Below are positions 9,001-18,139 of a stretch of DNA of 64,000 nucleotides, in pieces (position 1 is the stretch's first letter; each line of letters opens with the position of its first letter). The stretch covers positions 8,750 through 72,749 of the forward strand of contig CALVNW010000004.1 of assembly GCA_944350015.1 (NCBI GenBank), read 5' to 3'. The DNA comes from an uncultured Clostridia bacterium. GTDB lineage: Bacteria; Bacillota; Clostridia; Christensenellales; UBA1242. The position numbers and the translations under genes were made by a program. The notes under the pieces were generated by a model. The model was given only the letters and a program-made list of their open reading frames with translations, ran no database searches and was not told the DNA's origin.

Positions 9001-9746
9001 AGCCTGAAGGCGAGGGAACAGAAAGCTCACCATATCTAATAGCTTTGCCAGAGCATTTAGCTTGGCTAACAAATCAAGTAGCAAAAGGCAATGAGACCGA
9101 AGCATATTGCAGACAAATAGCCAACATTGATATGAGTAATACAAAGAACGTAGCAGAAGATAAAACCCTTGAGTGGTTCCCGATAGGCACAGACAGCCAT
9201 CCATTTAAAGGAAACTATAACGGCAACGGCTATAGCCTAAGAATAACCTCAAGCGGAACGCAATCAAACTACTATGGACTGTTTGGAGTGACCGAAAACG
9301 CCACGATAGAGAAGATATACTTTATTGGCAACAACTTTACAAGCGGAAGGACCTCGGGCGGAGTTATAGCCTACGCAAAGGGCAGTACTATAGTGAAAGA
9401 TAGCTACATAGAGCTTTCACTTCAACGAAAGATAGACACCTCTAGCTTTACTTTTGGAGCTATCATAGGTAATGGTGAAAGTGGAAGCGTAATAGAAAAC
9501 TGCTCACTTGTATACTACAATTCTCTTTCAACTGAGTATCCTCTTGCAAACGGAGACACCGAGATAAGAAACGTAGTGTATAGATACACCGAAGATAACA
9601 CTAATTTTGAAAACCGTTACAGCGGTACCGATTTTAGCGGATTTAGCTATACATCATATTGGACAATGCCACTACCAAAGAACCTCACGCATCTTCCAAC
9701 CGAAGAGGTAACGCTTGACGTTATCAAAACTTGGGCGGGGGAGTAA
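6051..9746 (+). CDS. large TM-anchored surface protein with GLUG-motif repeats and InlB-B/Flg_new-type repeats
   Basis: 1231 aa with an N-terminal hydrophobic anchor. GLUG-like repeats recur (AGGIAGMV, AGGICGF, IGGICGY, AGGIVGQ, AGGIVAL, SGICGY). Flg_new-like repeats are present (GYSFEGWT, GKEFQGWT, GYVLSGWNTRADGKGTTY..LYAQW, GYVFKGWY..LYAQW). A second GLUG-like region lies at the C-terminus. No LPXTG motif. Confidence 0.7.
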   Translation: MERKLLTKRDIYFVVVFILSLLFVSTFFYGGQKVEDEVSYGATTPTSSTSWTASSSYYDTSWSGSGTASSPYLITTPAELAGLAYRVDAGTSYSGKYFLQTADLNLRAHYWDPIGDYESFSGYYDGGGHTITNLIIDHSSSSTTITELGLFSDTSGATIKNITIASSYIATYVSSDLGFIVGCANYSIIENCHTASSNLIYVSKDDYVINAGGIAGMVQLSTIIRGCSNATDIKVAKNSPSGGSVAGGICGFALDSEIIDCYNEGEITSSDCDDLDLLQSIGGICGYVYKITFNGCYNKGFINGDRCAGGIVGQIDIGSCIITNCYNIGEVNGYYAGGIVALVRDGEDSITNCYNTGAIGGSSIGAYGVSGICGYSFDSLNIINCYNVGSVPTSSCGGIITYSGDGDYLSNNYYGGNCNAEFGMGPSYNPSNTGCTKITNLNTTSYAKSRSWYTNSSNWNRSYPWDFDTIWSISSSINNGYPYLNPRYAIKYSVPSQLSLSSSAPTSAEAGETVYIPSPTSRGDGYSFEGWTASNLNTDTAKYGNSSSSVSTHWANGSTKVNANYFVDLANIGQTVTLTANVKISSYTVNVIYGNGTSNRKLTLDYGESFNLPVPKWNGKEFQGWTISGTYNLDTARQGGSSNPTLAWSNTTSLPTSTYFSNLAIVDGATVTLTAQWAPGRYDITYDVNSSDAQYVGLNYALSGEDFTITADGGCQISFDSTYGIITIDGKNDDCTYGERLIRTDIDYQPNSMEAGHYKIGGSLQRKEGVLPAYRPHIDIYLDSYLLGEGSTEYTYYHKYTETNDMGSSRKYVELTIFPCSYTYDNTQYRVFAYDPNYSGDNTQQILYGDTPAMGYAIRPGYVLSGWNTRADGKGTTYGPDNIGTITSDITLYAQWELATYTVTFDGNGGTSELDRMDVEYLSTFGSGNGGELPLAEKEGYVFKGWYLSADSDEEVTASTIYTYTDNITLYAQWEETWYDYGVKPEGEGTESSPYLIALPEHLAWLTNQVAKGNETEAYCRQIANIDMSNTKNVAEDKTLEWFPIGTDSHPFKGNYNGNGYSLRITSSGTQSNYYGLFGVTENATIEKIYFIGNNFTSGRTSGGVIAYAKGSTIVKDSYIELSLQRKIDTSSFTFGAIIGNGESGSVIENCSLVYYNSLSTEYPLANGDTEIRNVVYRYTEDNTNFENRYSGTDFSGFSYTSYWTMPLPKNLTHLPTEEVTLDVIKTWAGE

Positions 9747-9760
9747 GACGCAATAAGAGC

Positions 9761-9813
9761 AAAAAAAGTAAATCTACTAAGTGAGGTACATCACAAAGAG
9801 ATTTACTTTTTTT
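9761..9813 (+). terminator. terminator-like hairpin (long loop)
   Basis: AGTAAATCT...AGATTTACT followed by T7. Confidence 0.5.
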
Positions 9814-9892
9814 GTCAATTTTATTTAGTTATATAAATGTAATAAAAAACAATTTTTGATATATTTCTAAATACTGCTTTAATTTTTTTCAC

Positions 9893-10795
9893 TTAAGCTT
9901 TTTTTAAGCGTATATCATCACCTTTAATGTATACACAAATTGAGGTGGCTTTATCTATAATTCTACTCGCAATACGCTCATCATAATAGTCTTTGATGTT
10001 GTAAAGGTCAAGGTTCGAGGTTATAATTGTTGGAAGTCTTTTCATTTTTCGCTCATTGATAACCTGATAGAGATAGTTGAGGGTGATATTTGGAAGTCGA
10101 AGTTCTGTGCCAAGGTCATCAATAAACAAAAATTCGCAGTTAAGATAGCGGTCAAGCAGTTGATTTTTTTGTTCCAAATCTCTTGTTGAGTAGCTTTTCA
10201 CAAAATCTTGATGCATAGCAAAGGAAGTTGTGAGGTAGACGATGTGGTTAAGTTTAATAAGCTCATTTGCCATACACTTTACAAGATGAGTCTTGCCAAC
10301 ACCTGTGTCACCAGCGATGAAAATAAGGTTTTTATGAAAGTCGGAGTGGCACCAGCTTTTCATTTTGGCATAGAGTTTTTTCATTGAATCATCTTCACCG
10401 AAAACTTCAAATTTGACGTTATCAAAGTCCTCAAAACTCAAAAAACCGCTCTCTTTTTTGAGAATATTATTAATTTCCCTTATAAGACACTGACAATATT
10501 TGCCATCAACAAAGCCCGTGTCATTGCACTTTTTGCAGGAGTAATCTGGGTCAATAGAAGGCAGTTTCAACTCTTTCAGCCGTGCGTAATACTTTTGTTT
10601 GAGAGCTTTGACCTCATCGCTCATTTCTTTTCCAAGTTTTGCACACTCTATCATATTTTCGGTATATTTTTGATAAAGCTCCTTAAAAATAGGGTCCTCA
10701 AAAGCCTGCGCCTTGTTTTTGATGGCATAACTATCGGCATAAAACCTTCGCTTGTCAATGACTTCTTTTGCTTTTTCAATGATTGTTGATTTCAT
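9893..10795 (-). CDS. dnaI: DnaI/DnaC-type replicative helicase loader ATPase
   Basis: Walker A AGDTGVGKTHL, Walker B FLFIDDLG, TIITSNL, and an N-terminal Cys cluster CKKCNDTGF..CQC. Confidence 0.75.
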   Translation of the reverse strand: MKSTIIEKAKEVIDKRRFYADSYAIKNKAQAFEDPIFKELYQKYTENMIECAKLGKEMSDEVKALKQKYYARLKELKLPSIDPDYSCKKCNDTGFVDGKYCQCLIREINNILKKESGFLSFEDFDNVKFEVFGEDDSMKKLYAKMKSWCHSDFHKNLIFIAGDTGVGKTHLVKCMANELIKLNHIVYLTTSFAMHQDFVKSYSTRDLEQKNQLLDRYLNCEFLFIDDLGTELRLPNITLNYLYQVINERKMKRLPTIITSNLDLYNIKDYYDERIASRIIDKATSICVYIKGDDIRLKKA

Positions 10796-10984
10796 TTTTA
10801 CTCCTATTAAAATTGATTATAAATTATCTTAAAAGATAGAAAGTTCACATAAATTATAGAAAATTCACAAAAATTACAATAAAATTCAATAAAATATGCA
10901 AAAATTTAATAAATTTGTGTAAATTATTTGAAAATATAAAGAAAATTTAAAAAATATATATAAATTCATAAAATCTTAATAAAA

Positions 10985-12427
10985 TTAAACGTCTATCTCT
11001 TCAATGGATTGGAATAGTGCATTGATTTCATCTTTTGAGTATTTTCTTTCATTGAAACTTCCACCGCTTGCCTGTTCTTCTTTTATTGGCAAGTTGTTTT
11101 TCGCCTCATCTATTGTCTTTATGCCTTTATCTCTATAATCGGCAAGCACGCGTGAAAGATATTTTATAGGATTATTTTTGCCTTTTGCAAGAGTGATTGC
11201 GTAGTCAAGCAGTTCGTCGCTAATTTTCCATTCTTGTGTCCAGATTTTGTAATTACTTCGGTCATAGGTGCTGACTGCGCGGTCTATATTAAGGCTCATT
11301 AAGATTGCTTTTATCCTCTTGTCATCAGATAATATTTGTCCCATATATTGGTTAAAAGCGGGCAGGGTGAGAAGTCCAAGTTTATAGAACTTCTGCACGG
11401 TTTTATCCATACCCTCAAGCGTTCTTATAGAGTTTTTAAAGCAATATGAAGCAATTTCAACAAGAAGTTCTTTCTCAAAGCCCATATTTATCCATTTCAA
11501 AATGTAAGAGTCAACAACAACCTCAAGATTTTCATAGTATACACCAATCGTGCGGTTTATCTCTTTTGCAAGGTCGTAGTATGACTGTTTTTGTTTTTCA
11601 TAATCTTCAATCTCACTTGCTGAGAGAAGTTTCATCTCATAATATTTGGAGATAATGCCGTCAAGCCTTTCAAAGGAAAAATAAGACCTCTTTTTGTATT
11701 TTTTACATAGATACAAGATAACCTCAAGGCTAAAACCATAGTCTTGTAGCCATTTGTTGATAAGCGCTCGCTCTTCAACATAAGGCGCTCTCTTTATGCC
11801 CGCGCTTGCAAAAATCTCTTTTATCTGAGAATTATTTTCTTCAAAGGATTTAAGCCTCTCTTCAACTTGAAGTGTAGTTGTTATGCCTTCGCCAGCCCAG
11901 TTTTTTGCGACAGTCAAGATATAGTTATATCCAACCGCACTCTTCTTGGTATCCACGCAGTACTGCATAATCATAAGTAGCGCTTCTTGCTCAAAGTGGT
12001 AGCGCTCCAAAAAGTCATAATACTGTTCATACTCGTGCTTAGTTATGGTGCGTTTGCCCTTGAAAACCTCTTGCGCTTGTTGATTGAAAACCTCATATTT
12101 CTCAGGTTTATACAATTTGTTCGCCGACAGTACATTTTTAAGCGGTATGAAAGTCACTTGAATAGGCTCTACATTTAAAATTCTTACAAGCCCTTGCTCT
12201 TGCCAGTACTCAAAAGCCTTAAGCACCTCATCTTCACTTTGATTTACGGTCTTTGCAAAACTTTCAAGACTGTTGTCAAAAGAGGTGCTACTGCAAATAT
12301 ACAGCCCGTACAAATAGACCACCACATACTGAGGTGGCGCAAAAGGAAGGTAATCATTTATAAAGATATTATCAACTTCAGTCTTAGAACTTGCTATATA
12401 TTCAGTTGAGTATTTACAAAAAGCCAT
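10985..12427 (-). CDS. DnaD/DnaB_2-domain replication initiation and membrane attachment protein
   Basis: Repeated DnaD-like C-terminal domains (e.g. YLSRVLADYRDKGIKTIDEAK). It lies upstream of the dnaI-like gene, as in the Bacillus dnaB-dnaI operon. The start is placed at MAFCKY because of RBS GGAGaaaactATG. The ORF track extends to 12472. Confidence 0.65.
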   Translation of the reverse strand: MAFCKYSTEYIASSKTEVDNIFINDYLPFAPPQYVVVYLYGLYICSSTSFDNSLESFAKTVNQSEDEVLKAFEYWQEQGLVRILNVEPIQVTFIPLKNVLSANKLYKPEKYEVFNQQAQEVFKGKRTITKHEYEQYYDFLERYHFEQEALLMIMQYCVDTKKSAVGYNYILTVAKNWAGEGITTTLQVEERLKSFEENNSQIKEIFASAGIKRAPYVEERALINKWLQDYGFSLEVILYLCKKYKKRSYFSFERLDGIISKYYEMKLLSASEIEDYEKQKQSYYDLAKEINRTIGVYYENLEVVVDSYILKWINMGFEKELLVEIASYCFKNSIRTLEGMDKTVQKFYKLGLLTLPAFNQYMGQILSDDKRIKAILMSLNIDRAVSTYDRSNYKIWTQEWKISDELLDYAITLAKGKNNPIKYLSRVLADYRDKGIKTIDEAKNNLPIKEEQASGGSFNERKYSKDEINALFQSIEEIDV

Positions 12428-12515
12428 AGTTTTCTCCGCTATTATTGTAACACAACTTTTCTTAGAATGCAAAACATTTTCAAAGTGATTTTTTTATAAT
12501 GCCCAGTTAAAAAAA

Positions 12516-14075
12516 GTGGTTATTAAATTAAAAGGCTGTAAATACAATATAAGTATGAAAAAATTAAAGTTAAAAAAGATATCAATCAATAAAAAAACAA
12601 AGATTATTGCGCTGAGCCTTCTTTTTGCGCTGGTCATAGCAATCGTAGTGATGCTATGCCTCTCTGCCACCAAAGATGAGGACAAAGCGCGCACTAGTTA
12701 CAAGATGACGCTTGCCTATGACGCGCAAACTCACGTTTTATCGGGCAGTGAAGAGGTCACCTATATAAATAATAATGAGAATATGTTCACATATTTATAT
12801 TTGCATCTCTATCCAAACGCCTTTAGAGAGGGCGCCAAAAACAGTCTAGCGTCGGTTTCAACCCAAGATGAGCTTTATGTCAACGGCGTAAGCTATGGTA
12901 ACATCACAGTTTCCTCGGTGGAGTGCGAAGGCGAGGCGCTTGAGTTTAACGTTGAAGGAGAGGACGAGAATATCTTGCGCGTCGATTTGCCTTGCGAGCT
13001 TTATCCCGACGAGCAAATAACCTTTTCTATAGACTTTTCTGTCACCCTTGCAAATATCAATCATAGGCTTGGCTACGGCAATAACACCATAAATTTTGGC
13101 AATTTTTATCCTATTTTATGTGTCTATGAGGATGGAGTAGGCTTTAAAACCGACCTTTATCACTCAAATGGCGACCCTTTCTATAGCGAAGTGGCAAACT
13201 ATGAGGTCTCTTTAACCTATCCAAGCGAATATACGCTTGCAAGTTCTGGCAACGTTTTGTCGTCGCAGGAAGGTGAGGACATAGTTACTGCCAATATCTT
13301 AGGCGAAAATATCAGAGATTTTTGCTTTGTGCTCAGCGATATATTTGAGGAGGTCTGTGCAAACGTTGACGGCACTCAAATAAATTACTATGGCTATCGT
13401 GGCGACAACAATTTGCAGACCAACTTATCGACAGCCCAAGAGGCGCTCTCAACCTTCAATGATCTCTTCGGCAGGTATCCATATGAGGTTTTAAACGTTG
13501 TCAAAACCAACTTCGTTCACGGCGGAATGGAGTATCCAAACCTTGTCTATATAAGTGATAGCCTCTCTCAAGAAGATATTGCCTACGTCATTGTTCACGA
13601 GATTGCTCATCAATGGTGGTATGGCGTTGTCGGCAACGATGAAAATAGTCACGCTTGGCTTGATGAAGGGCTTGCCGAGTATAGCACACTACTATTTTTT
13701 GAGAATAACACAAAGTATGGCGTAGATTGTGAGGCGATGATAGATAGCGCCCTTACAAGTTATAAAACCTTTGTGCGAGTGTACGGTTCAGTAAATGGCG
13801 AGGTTGACACTTCAATGGATAGACCACTTAGCGACTTTGCTACCGAACCCGAGTATGTGCAGAACACCTATACAAAAGGACTTCTTATGTTTGACAGCCT
13901 TCGCAAATCGACAGGTGACCGAAAGTTTTTCAAGGCATTGAAGAACTATTACAAAGATTTTTGCTATAAAAATGTTACGCCCGCCGAGTTTATAGCATCC
14001 TTTATTGATAGCACGGGCTATAACCTTGAAAACTTTATCAACAGCTGGCTAAACGGCGAAGTTGTATTTCAGTAA
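12516..14075 (+). CDS. M1-family zinc metallopeptidase, membrane-anchored
   Basis: HEIAHQWWYG...WLDEGLAEY (HExxH-18-E). An N-terminal TM segment is present. The alternative ATG at 12555 (MKKLKLKK) may be the true start. Confidence 0.8.
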   Translation: MVIKLKGCKYNISMKKLKLKKISINKKTKIIALSLLFALVIAIVVMLCLSATKDEDKARTSYKMTLAYDAQTHVLSGSEEVTYINNNENMFTYLYLHLYPNAFREGAKNSLASVSTQDELYVNGVSYGNITVSSVECEGEALEFNVEGEDENILRVDLPCELYPDEQITFSIDFSVTLANINHRLGYGNNTINFGNFYPILCVYEDGVGFKTDLYHSNGDPFYSEVANYEVSLTYPSEYTLASSGNVLSSQEGEDIVTANILGENIRDFCFVLSDIFEEVCANVDGTQINYYGYRGDNNLQTNLSTAQEALSTFNDLFGRYPYEVLNVVKTNFVHGGMEYPNLVYISDSLSQEDIAYVIVHEIAHQWWYGVVGNDENSHAWLDEGLAEYSTLLFFENNTKYGVDCEAMIDSALTSYKTFVRVYGSVNGEVDTSMDRPLSDFATEPEYVQNTYTKGLLMFDSLRKSTGDRKFFKALKNYYKDFCYKNVTPAEFIASFIDSTGYNLENFINSWLNGEVVFQ

Positions 14076-14147
14076 ACACAACTTATTTAGTGCATTTAAG
14101 TATGATTTTATATGAAAGCTAGTTAGCAGACTAATATGTTAAACAAG

Positions 14148-14260
14148 TTATCCCCATTTTAGCTGGGAAGTTATCCACAATTTGATAAAACATCGAAAGT
14201 TATCCACATTTTAGTTAGGAAGTTATCCACAATTTATTAAAACATCAAAAGTTATCCACA
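14148..14260 (+). promoter_or_regulatory. array of five same-orientation DnaA boxes
   Basis: TTATCCCCA at 14148. Perfect TTATCCACA at 14171, 14200, 14223 and 14252. Spacing is 23/29/23/29 nt, i.e. a 52 nt unit duplicated. Confidence 0.75.
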
Positions 14261-14280
14261 TTTTTGGCATTATTTAAATA

Positions 14281-14520
14281 AAAACCCGTACAAAACCTAG
14301 GAAAACCTAACAAAACCTAACCATAACCTAAAGAAACCTAACAAAACCTAACCATAACCTAAAGAAACCTAACAAAACCTAACCATAACCCAACAAAACC
14401 CAACGAAACCCAACCATAACCGAACAAAACCCAACAAAACCTAACTGTAACTGATACTGATACTGTAACCAATACTGTAACTGATACTATTACTGCTAAT
14501 GGTACTGTAAATGATAGACA
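14281..14520. repeat. iteron-like tandem repeats (10-11 nt AAACCTAAC-type units in a 32 nt super-repeat, then ACTGTA/ACTGAT hexamer repeats)
   Basis: AACCTAACAAAACCTAACCATAACCTAAAGA occurs about 3 times and degenerates to AACCCAAC units. It is followed by ACTGTAACTGATACTGATACTGTAACCAATACTGTAACTGATACT. No ORF is present. Confidence 0.8.
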
Positions 14521-14666
14521 AACAGACAGTTAGCTAGTCAATCAATAAAAAATAATCTATCTTTCTTGAGCGCACGCGCGTGAGGAAGAGATTTTGAAAA
14601 TCAATAATTTTAAACTATATGGCGAGCAAAATTCTACTAGCAAGGCGATTAAAGTTAAGTCAAAAT

Positions 14667-14699
14667 AAGACGGCTAAATTTTAAATATCCGTCTTTTTT
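14667..14699. terminator. bidirectional terminator-like hairpin
   Basis: AAGACGG-15 nt loop-CCGTCTT followed by T6, with an A-rich stretch upstream. It lies 62 nt beyond the stop of the minus-strand gene at 14761. Confidence 0.5.
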
Positions 14700-14760
14700 G
14701 ATTGTTGCAATTTTTAGTTCTGAAAAAGTAATCCGAAAAAGTATAGGTGTTTAGACAATG

Positions 14761-15579
14761 TTAACACTCCTTCACAAACTCATAGTACAGCGAAAGGACA
14801 GAAGTGTAACGGTATTTTAAAAGCGAGGAGTAGGTCTGCGACTGATTTTCTAGCGTTCCTCCGCACAGCTTTTGGCTTTCATCAAGTGCCTTTTCGAGAA
14901 CTTGCGAAAGTTCTTTAATCGTGCCGACTGGCTCAGGGAAGAGGGTGCTTAGGTTGTCGATGACGCCATTTAGGGTGTTGTGTGCGCTGTTCACGGCAAG
15001 ACGTGCCGAGATTTCATTGTATACATTTGTGTCAAGGGCAATGGCGCAATCATAGATGTTAAGGTAGTACTCATAAAGCGAGCCAAGAGCCTTTGTCAAA
15101 ACCTTTTTTTCGTCAGAGGTGAAGTTTCCGCTAAGCGTAACACTTTTAAAGCTTACCGCGATTATCTCGCTGTCAAGTCCTTGATTTGCTTTGACGCTGT
15201 TCTGCACAAGAGTGGCGTCATTTTTGTTTTGATAGACCGACGAGATGACGTAGTAGTAATCATTTTGTTTCCAAATAAAACCGCCCGCGCCAAGCTTTTG
15301 AAAGTCGCCTGCTCTTGACTTTGCCTCGCTCTCAACCTGGCTTTTGGCAAGCGAGAGCATATACACTTCATAGGAACTAGAGCGAACACTCTCTGCCGAG
15401 CTGTCAGTTTTGACAATGAGAAGGGATAGGAAGCTTGCAATTATCGTGCAAATGACTAAAAACATCAAAAAAGCTGTAATAATCATCGTTTTTTTTGAAT
15501 TTTTTGGGCTAAATTTAAAAATAGTTGGCATAAGACGTTGCGTTTTACTCCTCTTATATGATATTGTAGTGTATGACAA
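14761..15579 (-). CDS. membrane-anchored protein with a SPOR-like domain
   Basis: One TM segment (MIITAFLMFLVICTIIASFLSLLIV). It is followed by YEVYMLSLAKSQVESEAKSRAGDFQKLGAGGFIWKQNDYYYVISSVYQNKNDATLVQNSVK, which resembles a SPOR fold pattern. Confidence 0.35.
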   Translation of the reverse strand: MSYTTISYKRSKTQRLMPTIFKFSPKNSKKTMIITAFLMFLVICTIIASFLSLLIVKTDSSAESVRSSSYEVYMLSLAKSQVESEAKSRAGDFQKLGAGGFIWKQNDYYYVISSVYQNKNDATLVQNSVKANQGLDSEIIAVSFKSVTLSGNFTSDEKKVLTKALGSLYEYYLNIYDCAIALDTNVYNEISARLAVNSAHNTLNGVIDNLSTLFPEPVGTIKELSQVLEKALDESQKLCGGTLENQSQTYSSLLKYRYTSVLSLYYEFVKEC

Positions 15580-15617
15580 AAAACAACAAACTATGAAAGA
15601 ATTATTGATAAAAAAGT

Positions 15618-15646
15618 TTGGATAGTTTCGTCAAAAGTAGTATAAT
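15618..15646 (+). promoter_or_regulatory. groESL promoter candidate
   Basis: TTGGAT, a 17 nt spacer, then TATAAT. Confidence 0.45.
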
Positions 15647-15658
15647 TTATATGTAAAT

Positions 15659-15689
15659 TTTAGGTGACAAAAAGGGATTGTCGCCTTAA
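15659..15689 (+). promoter_or_regulatory. inverted repeat at the CIRCE position with non-CIRCE sequence
   Basis: TTTAGGTGACAA-aaaggga-TTGTCGCCTTAA (10 of 12 complementary), between the -10 box and the groES RBS. Canonical CIRCE is TTAGCACTC-N9-GAGTGCTAA. Confidence 0.5.
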
Positions 15690-15721
15690 AAAACGTATAA
15701 ATATTTTGCAGGAGGAAAAAT

Positions 15722-17634
<1,913 letters not shown>

Positions 17635-17845
17635 AATGTCGCCACAATTTAATGATAATAAATTTGACTATCGAGGCTGAAGTTTGTTGATAGAACGCTT
17701 AGTGATGATAGAAGATAATTTATTAATAAATAGTGTGAGATTGATTTATTAAGAAATAATTTAAATAGTAAGGGGTTTCTTAGTAAATTGTATAAAACTG
17801 ATTTATCAGCAAATTTGTTAAAGAGCTTTATAGCAAACCCTAGGT

Positions 17846-17943
17846 GGCGAGAAAACAAAATTTTTAACACGTTAAAAATTTTCGTTTTGCAAAAGGGCTT
17901 TTGCAAAACGGCGCAAAAAAGTTTTTTGCGCGGTTTTCTCGCC
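17846..17943 (+). repeat. four-way-junction palindromic element, copy B
   Basis: Outer stem GGCGAGAAAAC / GTTTTCTCGCC encloses three hairpins. They are AAAATTTTTAAC-AC-GTTAAAAATTTT, GTTTTGCAAAAG-GG-CTTTTGCAAAAC and GCGCAAAAAA-G-TTTTTTGCGC. Confidence 0.8.
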
Positions 17944-17973
17944 ATAACTGACACAAGGCGGTTATTTATAGGT

Positions 17974-18011
17974 AAAAAAATAGGACTTAATAATAAAAAA
18001 GTCCTATTTTT
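17974..18011. terminator. bidirectional terminator hairpin (groEL / SDR convergent pair)
   Basis: A7-ATAGGACT-12 nt loop-AGTCCTAT-T5. Confidence 0.6.
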
Positions 18012-18139
18012 ATATAAATTAAAACAATTTTTTCATAAATATTTGTTAAAAATAATTTAATTTACAAATTTTTATTGAAATTTATTTAATTATTAATCTT
18101 TTTATCAGAATTTATAAATTTTATTTATTAACTTCAACC

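Noticed and set aside
12428-12472. An N-terminal extension of the DnaD-domain ORF (MHSKKSCVTIIAEKT). Similar upstream extensions occur at 22733-22789 (rlmH), 24212-24313 (greA), 29648-29749 (tsaB), 24188-24217 (DUF378) and 47923-47994.
   Set aside because: In each case an internal ATG has a much better RBS and matches the family N-terminus. The extensions overlap upstream genes or promoters.
14420-14533. A Thr-rich open frame (PNKTQQNLTVTDTDTVTNTVTDTITANGTVNDRQTDS*) across the hexamer repeats, possibly a gene remnant.
   Set aside because: It has no start codon or RBS, and a stop lies immediately upstream (TAA at 14417-14419). The opposite strand is likewise closed. I treat it as non-coding tandem repeat.
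14076-14760. Calling this region the chromosomal origin oriC outright.
   Set aside because: No dnaA, dnaN or rpmH is nearby. No clear switch of gene orientation occurs around it within the window. I could not identify a DnaA-trio plus GC-cluster arrangement. It is kept as a finding with alternatives rather than annotated as oriC.
17649-18060. ORFs on both strands across palindromic element copy B (101 aa minus, 90 aa plus). The same occurs at 23251-23470 across copy C.
   Set aside because: Both strands encode nearly the same peptide (..KIFN.LKI.. / ..KILNAFKIL..) only because the DNA is a perfect palindrome. There is no RBS, and the sequence is low-complexity and AT-rich. These are artefacts of the repeat.
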